From an uncultured bacterium (lineage in GTDB: Bacteria; Verrucomicrobiota; Kiritimatiellia; RFP12; CAIWXQ01): a stretch of 64,000 bases of DNA. The first letter of the stretch is position 1. Each line of letters opens with the position of its first letter. The stretch covers positions 48,270 to 112,269 of the forward strand of contig CAIWXQ010000008.1 of NCBI GenBank assembly GCA_903916675.1, in the 5' to 3' direction. Below, piece after piece: positions 8,971-20,459 of this stretch. The notes below the pieces were generated by a model, which searched no databases, was not told where the DNA came from, and was given only the letters and a program-made list of their open reading frames with translations. The translations under genes and the position numbers were made by a program.

Positions 8971-10419
8971 CTATCCCTCGGCCGGCAAATCGAAGCCAAA
9001 GTAGCGCACAGCGTTGCGGTAACAGATGTCCTGCACGATGCCGCCGATCCAAGTGATGTCGTTGGGTATCTGGCCGGTGACGATGTCGCCGCCGAGCCGG
9101 TTGCAAAGGATGCGACGAAAATACTCGTGGCGCGGATAACTCAGGAAGGAGCGGCTGTCCGTGAGCATGCCGATGAAGCGGCTGAGAAGTCCAATCTGCG
9201 AGAGCGCTTCCATCTGACGCTGCATGCCGTCCTTCTGATCGTTGAACCACCAGCCCGCGCCGAACTGCATCTTGCCGGCAACGGGTCCGCGCTGGAAGTT
9301 GCCCAGCAGGGCGCATACCGCCTCGTTCCAGCTCGGATTGAGCGTGTACAGCACGGTGCGTGGCAATGCGTCCAACTGGTCGAGGCGATCAAACAGGTTT
9401 GTCATGGAGCGCACCATGGGCCAATCCCCCATGCTGTCGCAGCCGGCGTCCGGGCCAAACGATGCGAACAGGCGCGTATTGTTGTTGCGTTGCGGCCCAT
9501 GGTGGAGCTGCCAGACCCAGCCGGAAGCCGCATCCATGCGGCCGCATTCGAACAGCACGGCAAACCGGAATTGCTGCACTTCTTCTGCTGTGGCCTGCCC
9601 GCCGGCCCGCACGCGGGCAAAGATCTGACGGATCGGCGCGTCGGTCGGCGGCGAAAGGAGGGCGGACTCGATCCCGTAGTCCGATGTACGGCACCCCATG
9701 GAAGCGAAAAAATCGTGGCGCTTCTGCAGCGCGGCCAGCAGGTCGTCGAAGGTGCGCACCTCGCAGCCGGCGGCTGCGGCGAGCTGGTCAAGCCAGCCGT
9801 TCCAGAAAACGGGGCGGTCAATGGCCAGCGCCTTGTCCGGCCGCCAAGTGGGGAGCATCTGCACGCCGAACGGATGCGTGCGCACAACAGCATGGTGTTC
9901 AAGGGAATCGACGGGGTCGTCGGTGGTGCAGACGAGGCGCACGTTGCTGCGCGTCATAAAGCCGCGGGCCGAGCAACCGGGCGCAGCAAGCTGGGCCTTG
10001 ACCGCGCCCCAGATTGCCTCGGCCGTGGCGGGCGTCAGCAGCTCCGTGATGCCGAAATAGCGGGCGAGCTCCAAGTGCGACCAGTCGTAGATCGGATTGC
10101 GCAGCAGGAATGGCATGGCATCCGCAAACTTCTGGAATTTTTCCCGGCCTGGGGCATCGCCGGTGATGAAGCGCTCGTCGATGCCGTTGGCGCGCATCAC
10201 GCGCCACTTATAGTGGTCGCTGCCCAGCCAGACCTGCGCGAGATTCTGCCAGCGCTGGTCTTTCGCCACTTCCCGCGGCGATAGGTGGCAGTGGAAATCG
10301 ATCACCGGCATCTTCGCGGCGTAGCCGTGATAGAGCTCTTGCGCCGGCTTGGATTGCAGCAGGAAATCGTCGTGTATAAAGGGCTTGGCAGCGCGTATGG
10401 GCATGGGCTTCCCTTTCAA
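8971..10419 (-). CDS. uxaC: Glucuronate (uronate) isomerase
   Basis: Full-length 482-aa ORF with UxaC signatures (PVIDFHCHLSP, DHYKWR, TTDDPVDSLEHH). Confidence 0.85.
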   Translation of the reverse strand: MKGKPMPIRAAKPFIHDDFLLQSKPAQELYHGYAAKMPVIDFHCHLSPREVAKDQRWQNLAQVWLGSDHYKWRVMRANGIDERFITGDAPGREKFQKFADAMPFLLRNPIYDWSHLELARYFGITELLTPATAEAIWGAVKAQLAAPGCSARGFMTRSNVRLVCTTDDPVDSLEHHAVVRTHPFGVQMLPTWRPDKALAIDRPVFWNGWLDQLAAAAGCEVRTFDDLLAALQKRHDFFASMGCRTSDYGIESALLSPPTDAPIRQIFARVRAGGQATAEEVQQFRFAVLFECGRMDAASGWVWQLHHGPQRNNNTRLFASFGPDAGCDSMGDWPMVRSMTNLFDRLDQLDALPRTVLYTLNPSWNEAVCALLGNFQRGPVAGKMQFGAGWWFNDQKDGMQRQMEALSQIGLLSRFIGMLTDSRSFLSYPRHEYFRRILCNRLGGDIVTGQIPNDITWIGGIVQDICYRNAVRYFGFDLPAEG

Positions 10420-10606
10420 AGTTGCATCATCATAGTACCGCCGCAGAGGCGGAAATGCCAGTCTGGCGAGAACCGGAGCTTGGATGGCTTTTTGGCGCGG
10501 CTTAAACCACGATTCCCAACCGGCAGGGTGGCCAGTCCCCTGGCCACCGCGGCGCGCAAGGGACTGCGCACTCTACCAGGACAGCACCACCGTTTTTGAA
10601 TCTGCG

Positions 10607-11260
10607 CTAGCCCGTCTGCTTCCTGCCCGTGTCGCAGCTCCTCCGGAGTGGACAGGTCTCGCAGTGCGGCCGCACGGGGCGGCACTGCGTCTGGCCGAAG
10701 GCGACGAGGTAGGAATTCCACGTCTTCCAGTAGCGCGGCGGCAGGGTCTTCCGCAGGTTCATCTCGGTCTCAAGCGGGTCGCGGGTGCGAATCAGCCCCA
10801 GCCGGTTGCAGATGCGATGAACATGCACGTCGACGCAGATGCCGGGCAGATCGAACCCGAGCACCACTACGAGGTTGGCGGTCTTGCGCCCGACACCTGG
10901 TAGCTCGCAGAGCTCCTCGACAGTCCGCGGGATGCAGCCGCCGAATTTTTCGTAGAGCACATCCGGCAGCCGTTTCAGGTGCTTTGCCTTGGTGTGGTAG
11001 AAGCCGACAGGGAAGATCAGGCGTTCCAATTCTGCGCGCGGCACCTGCCGCAGATCCGCCGGCGTGCGTACACGTTGAAACAGCCGTGCGCAGGCCGCGG
11101 CCGTGGTTTCGTCCTTGGTGCGCGCGCTGAGGATCGTGCCGACTAGTACATGGAATGGGTCGTGCGTCTGGGCCGCCACGAGGTCGATGATCGGGGCCTT
11201 GGCCTTTCGGAACGCTCTAGCCAGCGTGCGGTGAACGGCTGGGATGTCGGATAGCTTCAT
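10607..11260 (-). CDS. nth: Endonuclease III
   Basis: HhH-GPD motif (LCELPGVGRKTANLVV) and a C-terminal 4Fe-4S cysteine cluster (CRPVRPHCETCPLRRSC). Confidence 0.9.
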   Translation of the reverse strand: MKLSDIPAVHRTLARAFRKAKAPIIDLVAAQTHDPFHVLVGTILSARTKDETTAAACARLFQRVRTPADLRQVPRAELERLIFPVGFYHTKAKHLKRLPDVLYEKFGGCIPRTVEELCELPGVGRKTANLVVVLGFDLPGICVDVHVHRICNRLGLIRTRDPLETEMNLRKTLPPRYWKTWNSYLVAFGQTQCRPVRPHCETCPLRRSCDTGRKQTG

Positions 11261-11949
11261 GCGCCCATTTCGGCACGAATCGCCGCAGCCGCGGCGCGGG
11301 GATCGGTGGCCTCGAGGATGGGGCGGCCAACAACCAGGTGCGTGGCGCCATCGCGCACGGCCTGGGCAGGTGTGGCCACGCGCTTCTGGTCGCCGACATC
11401 CGCACCAGCCGGGCGCACGCCCGGCGTGACGAGCAGGGCCTGCGGTCCCAGGCGCCGGCGCATGGCCACGACTTCCTGCGGCGAGCAGACGATGCCGTCC
11501 GCGCCATTCCCAACTGCCAGACTACCGAGCGCGGCAACCTGCTCGACCATGGCGCGCGTGACACCGATGTCCGCCAAGTCCGCCTGGTCCAGACTCGTCA
11601 GACAGGTGACGGCCACCACGCGCGGCCGGTTGGCGCCGAACGTCGCCGCGGCGTCCGCAGCGGCGCGAATCATAGCCTTGCCGCCCGCGCTATGGATCGT
11701 CAGCAGGTCCACGCCCAGCGCGCCGCAGGATTTCACCGCGCGCTCAACCGTGCGCGGGATGTCGTGCAGCTTGAGGTCCAGAAAGACGTGCTTGCCGTGT
11801 TTCTTCACGCGCGCCACGACCTCGGGCCCGGCAGCGGCGAACAGTTCCAGGCCGATTTTGTAGAAGCTAACCGCCGAGCCAAGACGGGCCACCACGGCTT
11901 CCGCTTCCGCTGCAGTTGAGACATCCAGCGCAACTATCAGTTCGGCCAT
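11257..11949 (-). CDS. pyrF: Orotidine-5'-phosphate decarboxylase
   Basis: The start is taken at the internal Met MAELIVALDV. DLKLHDIP and LLTIHSAGG motifs are present. The upstream part of the long ORF is an artefactual extension. Confidence 0.85.
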   Translation of the reverse strand: MAELIVALDVSTAAEAEAVVARLGSAVSFYKIGLELFAAAGPEVVARVKKHGKHVFLDLKLHDIPRTVERAVKSCGALGVDLLTIHSAGGKAMIRAAADAAATFGANRPRVVAVTCLTSLDQADLADIGVTRAMVEQVAALGSLAVGNGADGIVCSPQEVVAMRRRLGPQALLVTPGVRPAGADVGDQKRVATPAQAVRDGATHLVVGRPILEATDPRAAAAAIRAEMGA

Positions 11950-12029
11950 GGCATCCTCGCGGGTTCCGGCAACTCGGCCGTTGTTGCTAGTCTCCGCATC
12001 CGCGCCGGCGGTGTCAATCCCAACTACGG

Positions 12030-12902
12030 CTACAGCGTGTTGGTCCAAGCGCGGCGGCCGCGAGAGTCCTCGATCTCGACATACGCATATCGCCAGTCCG
12101 CCGGCCGGGAGAAGGTCGCCTCGGTCATCAACTTGCCGTGAAAGGAGCCGCATTGGCACCCGTTCGCGTCTGGCCCGACCAGCCGAGCGAACCGTACCGG
12201 CGAAGTGCGGATCGCGACCGTGTCGCCATGCACGGCGATGTCGTGAAACACCGGACCGCAGGACGAATAATACCGGCCTCGGCGGATGGCATCCAGAATG
12301 GCTTTTGGTGTGCGGACACGCGCATTGACCATGATCCATGCGCCGTTCCACCCCGGGTGGTTGGCAGTGATATGGGCGTCGTCGGCTGCGAATGCGAGCA
12401 TGCCCGGCTGCCTCGACAAGCCAAAATGCCAGTACGCCAGATTGTCGCCCTTGCCATTCAGCCATTGGCAGACGTAATTGTAGACTTCCACGCCGTCGAA
12501 CTTCCAGCGCCAGACGTCCTCGGGCGTGTTGCCCATCCAGAGTGGATGCGCCAGAATCAGTAGACCGCCCTGCCGACGCGCGGCTTTCAGGCCGTTTTCG
12601 AACCCCATCTTGCGCGAAAGTCCGCGAAATCTCCCCAGGCAAACAACGTGATACATGCTGCCGCAGGAATCCTGGCCGTCGAGTTCGACGCCATCCATCC
12701 AGAGCAGTTTGCGCGCGACGCGCGGATCGGCGCGCACATCCGAGGCGATCCAGTGGTCCGTGCGGAAAAGAAAATCGTAGCCCCTGCCGGCGTACATAGC
12801 CTCCAATTCCGCAAACGTCTTCCCACCATCCGAGGCCGTGCTGTGGATGTGCGTGTTGCCCTTGAACCAGCGTCCACCGCCGCCATATCGATTTGCGTTC
12901 AT
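12030..12902 (-). CDS. PHP-domain metallophosphoesterase (CehA/McbA-like)
   Basis: N-terminal GNTHIHSTASDGG motif, typical of the PHP fold. Confidence 0.65.
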   Translation of the reverse strand: MNANRYGGGGRWFKGNTHIHSTASDGGKTFAELEAMYAGRGYDFLFRTDHWIASDVRADPRVARKLLWMDGVELDGQDSCGSMYHVVCLGRFRGLSRKMGFENGLKAARRQGGLLILAHPLWMGNTPEDVWRWKFDGVEVYNYVCQWLNGKGDNLAYWHFGLSRQPGMLAFAADDAHITANHPGWNGAWIMVNARVRTPKAILDAIRRGRYYSSCGPVFHDIAVHGDTVAIRTSPVRFARLVGPDANGCQCGSFHGKLMTEATFSRPADWRYAYVEIEDSRGRRAWTNTL

Positions 12903-12903
12903 G

Positions 12904-13602
12904 CTACAGCCTTTTTCTCTGATCGAACAACTCTGTCAGTTCCGCCGGTGTGAACAGGAGATGGTCCGGCTGCGTGGCGCGCAGCCGCGCCGCGGCATGC
13001 CATCCCCAGGCCGCAGCAACGGTCTGGGCACCGGCTTCGCGCCCTTCGAGCATGTCGCCGCAGGTGTCGCCGATGTAGAAGAGTGGCAGCCCCGGATGCT
13101 GCGCCGCGATCGACCGGATCTTCGCAACCTTGCCGGTGCCTTCCTCCGCGCCCAGAATTCGCCGCACGCAGACCACGCCGTACCTTCGCAGCACGTCAGC
13201 AACCACGCCGGAAATGCCGGAGGTCACCACAACGACCACGCTTGTCTCCGCCAGCTGCGCCAGCACAGCTGGGATGCCCGGCCAGAGGCGGTAGTCCCCA
13301 ACGCGCGCCTCCAGCTGCCGGCGCAGGGCCGCGATCAGCACAGGAAGGGTGGCGGCGGAAGCACCCACAGCTTGCAGTCCGGCAAATATATTCGTGTCGA
13401 ACAGTCGCAGGAACACGGCACGGTCCGCCAGCGCGGGCGCTCCGGATTCGCGGCAGGCAGCCCGCACGGATGCCTCGAACAGCCCCAGCGAGTCCGCCAG
13501 AACACCATCGAAATCGAAAATCAGCGCGCGCGCAACCGTTGCATCGTTGTCCGGAACGGATGCCATGCCGAGACAGTACGCGATTCGGCACGTCCGGCGC
13601 AA
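12904..13602 (-). CDS. HAD-IA family hydrolase (phosphoglycolate-phosphatase-like)
   Basis: LIFDFDGVLADS motif I and a downstream GDTxxD motif. The start may instead be the internal MASVPDND. Confidence 0.7.
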   Translation of the reverse strand: MRRTCRIAYCLGMASVPDNDATVARALIFDFDGVLADSLGLFEASVRAACRESGAPALADRAVFLRLFDTNIFAGLQAVGASAATLPVLIAALRRQLEARVGDYRLWPGIPAVLAQLAETSVVVVVTSGISGVVADVLRRYGVVCVRRILGAEEGTGKVAKIRSIAAQHPGLPLFYIGDTCGDMLEGREAGAQTVAAAWGWHAAARLRATQPDHLLFTPAELTELFDQRKRL

Positions 13603-13671
13603 GCGACCCGCAGAAACGCATTGATCCCCGCCCCCCCAGCCAGTATGTTGGCCCTGACGAAAGGGACTACC

Positions 13672-15594
13672 ATGAAGGTGGATTCACTCGACCCGTGGAC
13701 CGTGGATAATTCCGTGGAGATGTACGGAATCCGAACGTGGGGCGCCGGGTATTTCGACATTGCCGCTGACGGCAACGTGCAAGTCCGCCTTCCCAGCGGC
13801 AACAATGGCGACACCGCGCCGGTGAAGCTCATCGACCTCGTGGCCGGCCTGCGCGACCGCGGACTGATGCTCCCCCTCGTGCTGCGGTTCGGCGGCATCC
13901 TGGGCGACCGCCTCCGCCTGATCAATGGCTCGTTCAACGCCACCATGAGCAAGCTTAACTACCAGGGCGTCTACCGCGGCGTCTACCCGATCAAGGTCAA
14001 CCAGCAGCAGCAGGTCGTCGAGGAGATCACCCGCTGCGGCCGGCAGTGGCACCACGGCCTGGAAGCCGGCAGCAAGGCCGAGCTGGTCGCTGCGCTGGCC
14101 TACCTGCACGATCCAGAAGCCTACCTCGTCTGCAACGGCTATAAAGATGAGGAGTTCATCCGCCTGGCGCTCTACGCCCTGAAGATGGGCGTGCAGACCG
14201 TCATTGTGCTTGAGATGCCCGGCGAGCTCGCCCTGGTGCTCAAAGTCGCCCGCGAGCTCGGCGTGAAGCCGCGCCTCGGCGTGCGCGTGAAGCTTTCGTC
14301 GCGCGTCGGCGGCCGCTGGACCGAATCCGGCGGCGATCGGAGCGTGTTCGGCCTCACGCCGGTGCAGATCATCGACGTGGTGGACAGCCTGCGCGAAGCC
14401 GGCATGCTCGACTGCTTCCAGATGCTCCACTACCATCTCGGCTCGCAGATCCCCAACATCGACCACATCCGCCAGGCCATCGCAGAGGCCAGCCGCTTCT
14501 ATGTGGACCTTGTGCGCGAGGGCGCGCCCATGGGGGTCCTGAACATCGGCGGCGGACTGGCCGTGGATTACGACGGCTCGCACACCAACTTCCCCAGCAG
14601 CAGTAACTACGAAATCAATGAATACTGCTCCGATATCATTGAGGGCGTCATGGCTGCCACCGACCCCGCCGGCATCCAGCACCCGACCATCATCAGCGAG
14701 TCCGGGCGCGCCCTGATCGCCTACCATTCCGTGCTGCTGTTTAACGTGCTCGACGCCGCGCGCTATGAGTCGCACCAGATCCCCGAGCAGCTGGCCCCCA
14801 CCACGCCCGTGCAAGTGCGCAACCTCAAGGAAGTGGACGAGCTGCTCTCCTCCAAGAATCTGCAGGAGTGTTACCACGACGCCATGCACTACCGCACCGA
14901 GCTGCGCAACGCCTTCCTCGGCGGCACGGTCTCGCTACGGCAGCGCGCCGTGGGCGAGCAACTCTTCTGGCGCATTGTTTCACGCATCGCCCGCGAGGCG
15001 CAGACCCTGCGCTACGTCCCCGAGGAACTGCAAAAACTCGAGGCCACGCTTTCCGACACCTACTACGGCAACTTCAGCGTCTTCCAGTCGCTGCCGGACT
15101 CATGGGCCATTGGCCAGCTCTTCCCCGTCATGCCGATCCACCGCCTGGCGGAGCGCCCCACGCGCATCGCCACCATCGCGGACATCACCTGCGACTGCGA
15201 CGGCAAAATCGACCGATTTATCGACCTGCACGACGTCAAGGATGCCCTCGCCGTCCATGAGATCCGTTGCGGCGAGGAGTACATCCTTGGCGTCTTCCTT
15301 GTCGGCGCCTACCAGGAGACGCTCGGTGACCTGCACAATCTGTTTGGCGACACCAATATCGTCAACATCAACGTGGACAGCCATGGCCAGTTCGAATTCG
15401 GCGAGGAGATGCACGGCGACACCGTGGCGGACGTGCTCAGCTACGTCGAGTACGAGCCCAAGGAGATGCTCGAGCGCTTCCGTGAGCTGGCTGAGAACGC
15501 CGTGCGCTCCCAGCGCATCTCGCCGGCCGAGCGCCGCGACATCCTCGACGCCTACGACGCCGGGCTGCGCGGGTATACGTATTTTGAGACGTGA
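13672..15594 (+). CDS. speA: Biosynthetic arginine decarboxylase
   Basis: 641 aa from MKVDSLDPWTVDNSVEMYGIRTWGAGYF, which is a SpeA N-terminal signature. The ORF-track start at 12838 is an upstream in-frame extension. Confidence 0.9.
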   Translation: MKVDSLDPWTVDNSVEMYGIRTWGAGYFDIAADGNVQVRLPSGNNGDTAPVKLIDLVAGLRDRGLMLPLVLRFGGILGDRLRLINGSFNATMSKLNYQGVYRGVYPIKVNQQQQVVEEITRCGRQWHHGLEAGSKAELVAALAYLHDPEAYLVCNGYKDEEFIRLALYALKMGVQTVIVLEMPGELALVLKVARELGVKPRLGVRVKLSSRVGGRWTESGGDRSVFGLTPVQIIDVVDSLREAGMLDCFQMLHYHLGSQIPNIDHIRQAIAEASRFYVDLVREGAPMGVLNIGGGLAVDYDGSHTNFPSSSNYEINEYCSDIIEGVMAATDPAGIQHPTIISESGRALIAYHSVLLFNVLDAARYESHQIPEQLAPTTPVQVRNLKEVDELLSSKNLQECYHDAMHYRTELRNAFLGGTVSLRQRAVGEQLFWRIVSRIAREAQTLRYVPEELQKLEATLSDTYYGNFSVFQSLPDSWAIGQLFPVMPIHRLAERPTRIATIADITCDCDGKIDRFIDLHDVKDALAVHEIRCGEEYILGVFLVGAYQETLGDLHNLFGDTNIVNINVDSHGQFEFGEEMHGDTVADVLSYVEYEPKEMLERFRELAENAVRSQRISPAERRDILDAYDAGLRGYTYFET

Positions 15595-15622
15595 GGGGAA
15601 GAAGAATTCAGAAGGGAAGTCA

Positions 15623-15799
15623 ATGAACGCACAGAAGATGTCCTTCAAACTGGATTGCGAATTATCGGCATCCACGCTCCTTCGTGAATCGTTTATGTTC
15701 ATTGCCTTTGTCCTTCTGACAGCGGGGCTAGCGCTACCGCTTTGCATCTTCCGGATCGGGAAGGTACTGATCAACCACACCGACGTAATCGAGAAATGA
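15623..15799 (+). CDS. Small predicted single-TM protein (58 aa), low GC
   Basis: MNAQKMSFKLDCELSASTLLRESFMFIAFVLLTAGLALPLCIFRIGKVLINHTDVIEK. It has an AGGGA-like ribosome-binding site and about 47% GC against about 66% background. It lies between speA and the next polyamine gene. Confidence 0.3.
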   Translation: MNAQKMSFKLDCELSASTLLRESFMFIAFVLLTAGLALPLCIFRIGKVLINHTDVIEK

Positions 15800-15863
15800 A
15801 CAAGGACAAACAGTCGGGGCATCTTTCTTCATTCTGGCTTCTGAATTCTCCAAGGAACACACC

Positions 15864-17051
<1,188 letters not shown>

Positions 17052-17147
17052 GCGACTGTCGAACCATGAACGAGCGCGGTTGCGGCCTATGCTGCGGACG
17101 ACGCGGCCTGCCCGCTATAGTCGCTAGTCACTGGATCAACACCGTCG

Positions 17148-20100
17148 TTAGGACCGATCCAGCACCTCGTGTACCAAGTGCAGCAATTCCAGGCGGTTGA
17201 ACGGCTTGGCCAGGAAATTCACGTCCCGGTCGATGACCCCGTGGTTGGCAATCACCTCCTTGGAATACCCGGACATGTAGATGCACTTCATCTCCGGATG
17301 TTGCTGCACCAGCCGCACGGCAAGGTCGCGGCCGCTCATGCCCGGCATCACCACATCCGTGACCAGCAGGTGAATCCGGCCGACATGATTGGCCACCAGC
17401 CGCAGCGCACGCTCCGGCATTTCCGCGCTGAGGACCATGTACCCAGCCTGTTCCAGAAAGATGCGCGTGGTCGCCAGTACGGCCTCTTCATCCTCAACCA
17501 GCAGGATGGTTTCCCGTTTTCTCGGTTCCGCTGTCTTCCTTGTCCCGGGCGCAGCCGCAGGCTCAAGCGCCTCTTCCCGACATCTGGGCAGACAGACCCG
17601 GAAGGTTGTCCCCTTGCCAGAAGCGCTGTGGACTTCGACAACCCCCTTGTTCTGCCTGACAATCCCATACACGGTGGCCAGCCCCAGGCCGCTTCCCTTG
17701 CCGACCTCCTTGGTCGTAAAGAACGGCTCGAAGATATGTGCCAGTGTTTCCGCGTCCATGCCATGGCCGGTATCGCTGACCGTTAGGATCACGTATTCGC
17801 CGGGCTCCGCATTGTCATGGCCGGCGCAGTGCACCGCCTTTAGCGATTCGATCCGGGTCTCGATGGCAAGACGGCCGACTCCTTTGATGGCTTCCCGCAC
17901 ATTGGCTGCCAAGTTGATCAGGATCTGGTCCAGCTGCGCCGGATCCATCTTGACCACGGCAGGGCCTGCGGCAGGCGACCAGCTCAGGTCGATCTCCTCG
18001 CCAAGCAGGCGGCGCAGAAGGTTCAGCGTCTCCGCGATGCGGTCGTTGAGGTCGAATACCTTGGGCGCAATGGTCTGCCGGCTGGCGAAGGCCAGCAGCT
18101 GGCGCGTGATCTCCGCGGAGCGCCGGGAGCCCTTCATGGCCTCGTCCAGCCAGTGGCGAATCGGATCCGGAACGCCGGGGTGGCCCTGACACAACTCGAT
18201 ATACCCCATGATGCCCATCAGCAGGTTGTTAAAGTCGTGCGCCACGCCACCGGCCAGCCGGCCAATGGATTCCAGCTTTACCGCCTGTCGCAGTTGCTCC
18301 TCGTTCTCGCGCAGCGTCGCCTCCGCCTGCTTGCGCTGCGTGATGTCGCGCGCGACCGAGAAAACCATAACTTCGCCCTGATAGCGAATCAGCACGGCTG
18401 CAATTTCGACCGGGATGTAGCGGCCGTCTTTTGTCTGATGCTGGCTTTCCCAAGTCACCCGTTTCGCGCCCATCAGTTTCTGTATCGCCGCCGGCGCCAT
18501 GTTCCGTCCTTCGGGCGCATCGAGATCCAGCGGCGTCATGCGCAACAGTTCCTCTTGCGAGTAGCCATAGCGCTGGCAGGCCACCTCGTTGACCATGTTG
18601 AAGGGGCGCGGTTGGCCGTCCTCGGTCATGCCATGGGCAAACATGGCATCGCCGCTGGCGTTGAAAAGCACCCGGTAGCGCTCCTCGCTCTGTCGCAACG
18701 CCTCCTCGGCCTGTCGGCGTTTGGTTACATCGCGGAAGCTCCAGACTCGTCCCACGCAGGCACCTTCCAGCAACTGTGGCTGGGAATAGCGCTCGAAAAT
18801 CCGTCCATCAAGAAACCGGATTTCGTCAAAGGAGCTGGCCTCCGGGGTCTGGTAGAGTTCCTGGACCTGGCGAAGAAACGCCTCCGGGTCAGAAAGTTTC
18901 CCAACGACATACTCGATCAGGCGTTGATCGTCGCGCGCGGCGACCAGTTCCTCTGGAATTTGCCACATTTCCCGGAATACCCGATTGAAATCGCTGACGC
19001 GACCGGTGTGATCGACCACCAGAATGCCGTCCGCCGTAGATTCGAGTGTGGCCGTCAGGAGCGAGCGCTCCCTGGCCAAGTTTTCCGCGGCCTGCTTGCG
19101 CGCCGTGGTGTCGTGGGCCACCGCAAAAAACAATCCGTTGTCCGAGGGGTTGGCGTCCCATTCCAGCCAGCAGTACGAGCCATTCTTGCATAGGAAGCGG
19201 TTCTCGAACGAAACGGTCGAAGGATTGGCGATCAACCGCTCCACTTCGGCGCGCGTCGCCGCCCGGTCGTCTGGATGCACGAACTCGAGAAATGGCCTTG
19301 CCAGCAGTTCGCCTCGGGTAAAACCCAGGACTTTCGCCCAGGCCGGATTGATTTCCTTGAAGAATCCGTCCGAAGCTGCCACACAAACCATGTCGGGAAC
19401 CAGATTGAAGAATTGTTTGTAATTTTCCCGGCTTTCCCTGGCGTTGCCCTCTGCCCGAACGCGGTCGGCAATCTCAGCTGCCAAAAGAAACCCGACGCAG
19501 GACAAGAGCCCCAGGAACATCTGCAAATCTAGCAAACGATGGGAGGCATCCCACACGCTGCGGAAAGCCCAGGGCGAGGGACCCTGCTGAATGGCCGGAC
19601 TGAGGACGGCGACCACGAAAAGCACAACCAGAGCCAGGGAAATGCCCCGTACCCCTAACCGCAGCGCCGCCCAAAGCAGCAACCCCAGCAGCATGTAGGG
19701 GTGAAGCCCGATGATCGGTTGATTGCCAAACAGGTGGAATACGACCGCGACAGCCAGCAACCAGCAGAGGAAGAAGGCACACCACTCAGCAACGTTCCAA
19801 ATGCGGAAAAGCTTCCGGGGGCGATCGAGCCACGCGACCACAAAGGGGCCCACCAGCAAAAGCCCGAGGCCATCCGCGATCAACCAGGATTGCCAGGATT
19901 CGGCAAAGGGGGCTCCATTCACTAGTGTAGCGATGCCCGCACCAAAACAGGACGTCACCGCGTTGATCACTACCGCTCCGGCTATCAGCGCCAGCACCTC
20001 ACGGACTCGGTTGAAGCGCAAAAAAGAGCCATCGGACACGCGCAAAATGAGCCAGGCACAGCCGATGGACTCGGCCATGTTTGCCAGCATGAATCCAAAC

Positions 20101-20381
20101 CCGGCCAAAAGCGGTCGGTGTGCGACCAGCACATCCGCCAACACGCCGGTAACGAACAAGACTCCGGCCAAGAAGGGCCACAACCGGCGCGGATTCAGCA
20201 GAAAGGCTGCCAGCCCGATTCCGCCAGCCGGCCAGATCAGCATGATGCTTTTTGCGGAGTCCGGAAAGAAGAAGGAGAGGTGATGGGCGATGAAATACGC
20301 CAAGGAGACGCCGGCGATCCGCAGGCTATCGCGCCTCCAGCCACTGGTTACAAGAGATGAACCTTGGTTATCCCATTTCAT
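17148..20381 (-). CDS. Hybrid sensor histidine kinase (membrane MASE1-like N-terminus, PAS domains, HisKA, HATPase_c, C-terminal receiver domain)
   Basis: H-box GGVAHDFNNLL, ATPase G-boxes and a receiver domain (ILLVEDEEAV...VVMPGMSG). The start is chosen at MKWDNQG. Confidence 0.85.
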   Translation of the reverse strand: MKWDNQGSSLVTSGWRRDSLRIAGVSLAYFIAHHLSFFFPDSAKSIMLIWPAGGIGLAAFLLNPRRLWPFLAGVLFVTGVLADVLVAHRPLLAGFGFMLANMAESIGCAWLILRVSDGSFLRFNRVREVLALIAGAVVINAVTSCFGAGIATLVNGAPFAESWQSWLIADGLGLLLVGPFVVAWLDRPRKLFRIWNVAEWCAFFLCWLLAVAVVFHLFGNQPIIGLHPYMLLGLLLWAALRLGVRGISLALVVLFVVAVLSPAIQQGPSPWAFRSVWDASHRLLDLQMFLGLLSCVGFLLAAEIADRVRAEGNARESRENYKQFFNLVPDMVCVAASDGFFKEINPAWAKVLGFTRGELLARPFLEFVHPDDRAATRAEVERLIANPSTVSFENRFLCKNGSYCWLEWDANPSDNGLFFAVAHDTTARKQAAENLARERSLLTATLESTADGILVVDHTGRVSDFNRVFREMWQIPEELVAARDDQRLIEYVVGKLSDPEAFLRQVQELYQTPEASSFDEIRFLDGRIFERYSQPQLLEGACVGRVWSFRDVTKRRQAEEALRQSEERYRVLFNASGDAMFAHGMTEDGQPRPFNMVNEVACQRYGYSQEELLRMTPLDLDAPEGRNMAPAAIQKLMGAKRVTWESQHQTKDGRYIPVEIAAVLIRYQGEVMVFSVARDITQRKQAEATLRENEEQLRQAVKLESIGRLAGGVAHDFNNLLMGIMGYIELCQGHPGVPDPIRHWLDEAMKGSRRSAEITRQLLAFASRQTIAPKVFDLNDRIAETLNLLRRLLGEEIDLSWSPAAGPAVVKMDPAQLDQILINLAANVREAIKGVGRLAIETRIESLKAVHCAGHDNAEPGEYVILTVSDTGHGMDAETLAHIFEPFFTTKEVGKGSGLGLATVYGIVRQNKGVVEVHSASGKGTTFRVCLPRCREEALEPAAAPGTRKTAEPRKRETILLVEDEEAVLATTRIFLEQAGYMVLSAEMPERALRLVANHVGRIHLLVTDVVMPGMSGRDLAVRLVQQHPEMKCIYMSGYSKEVIANHGVIDRDVNFLAKPFNRLELLHLVHEVLDRS

Positions 20382-20459
20382 GGCCAACCCTTCTCTCGGG
20401 ACAGTCACCGGGGCAAGCCTCCGGCGCTAATAAAATTTATGCCCCCTCTGCCGGGATTG

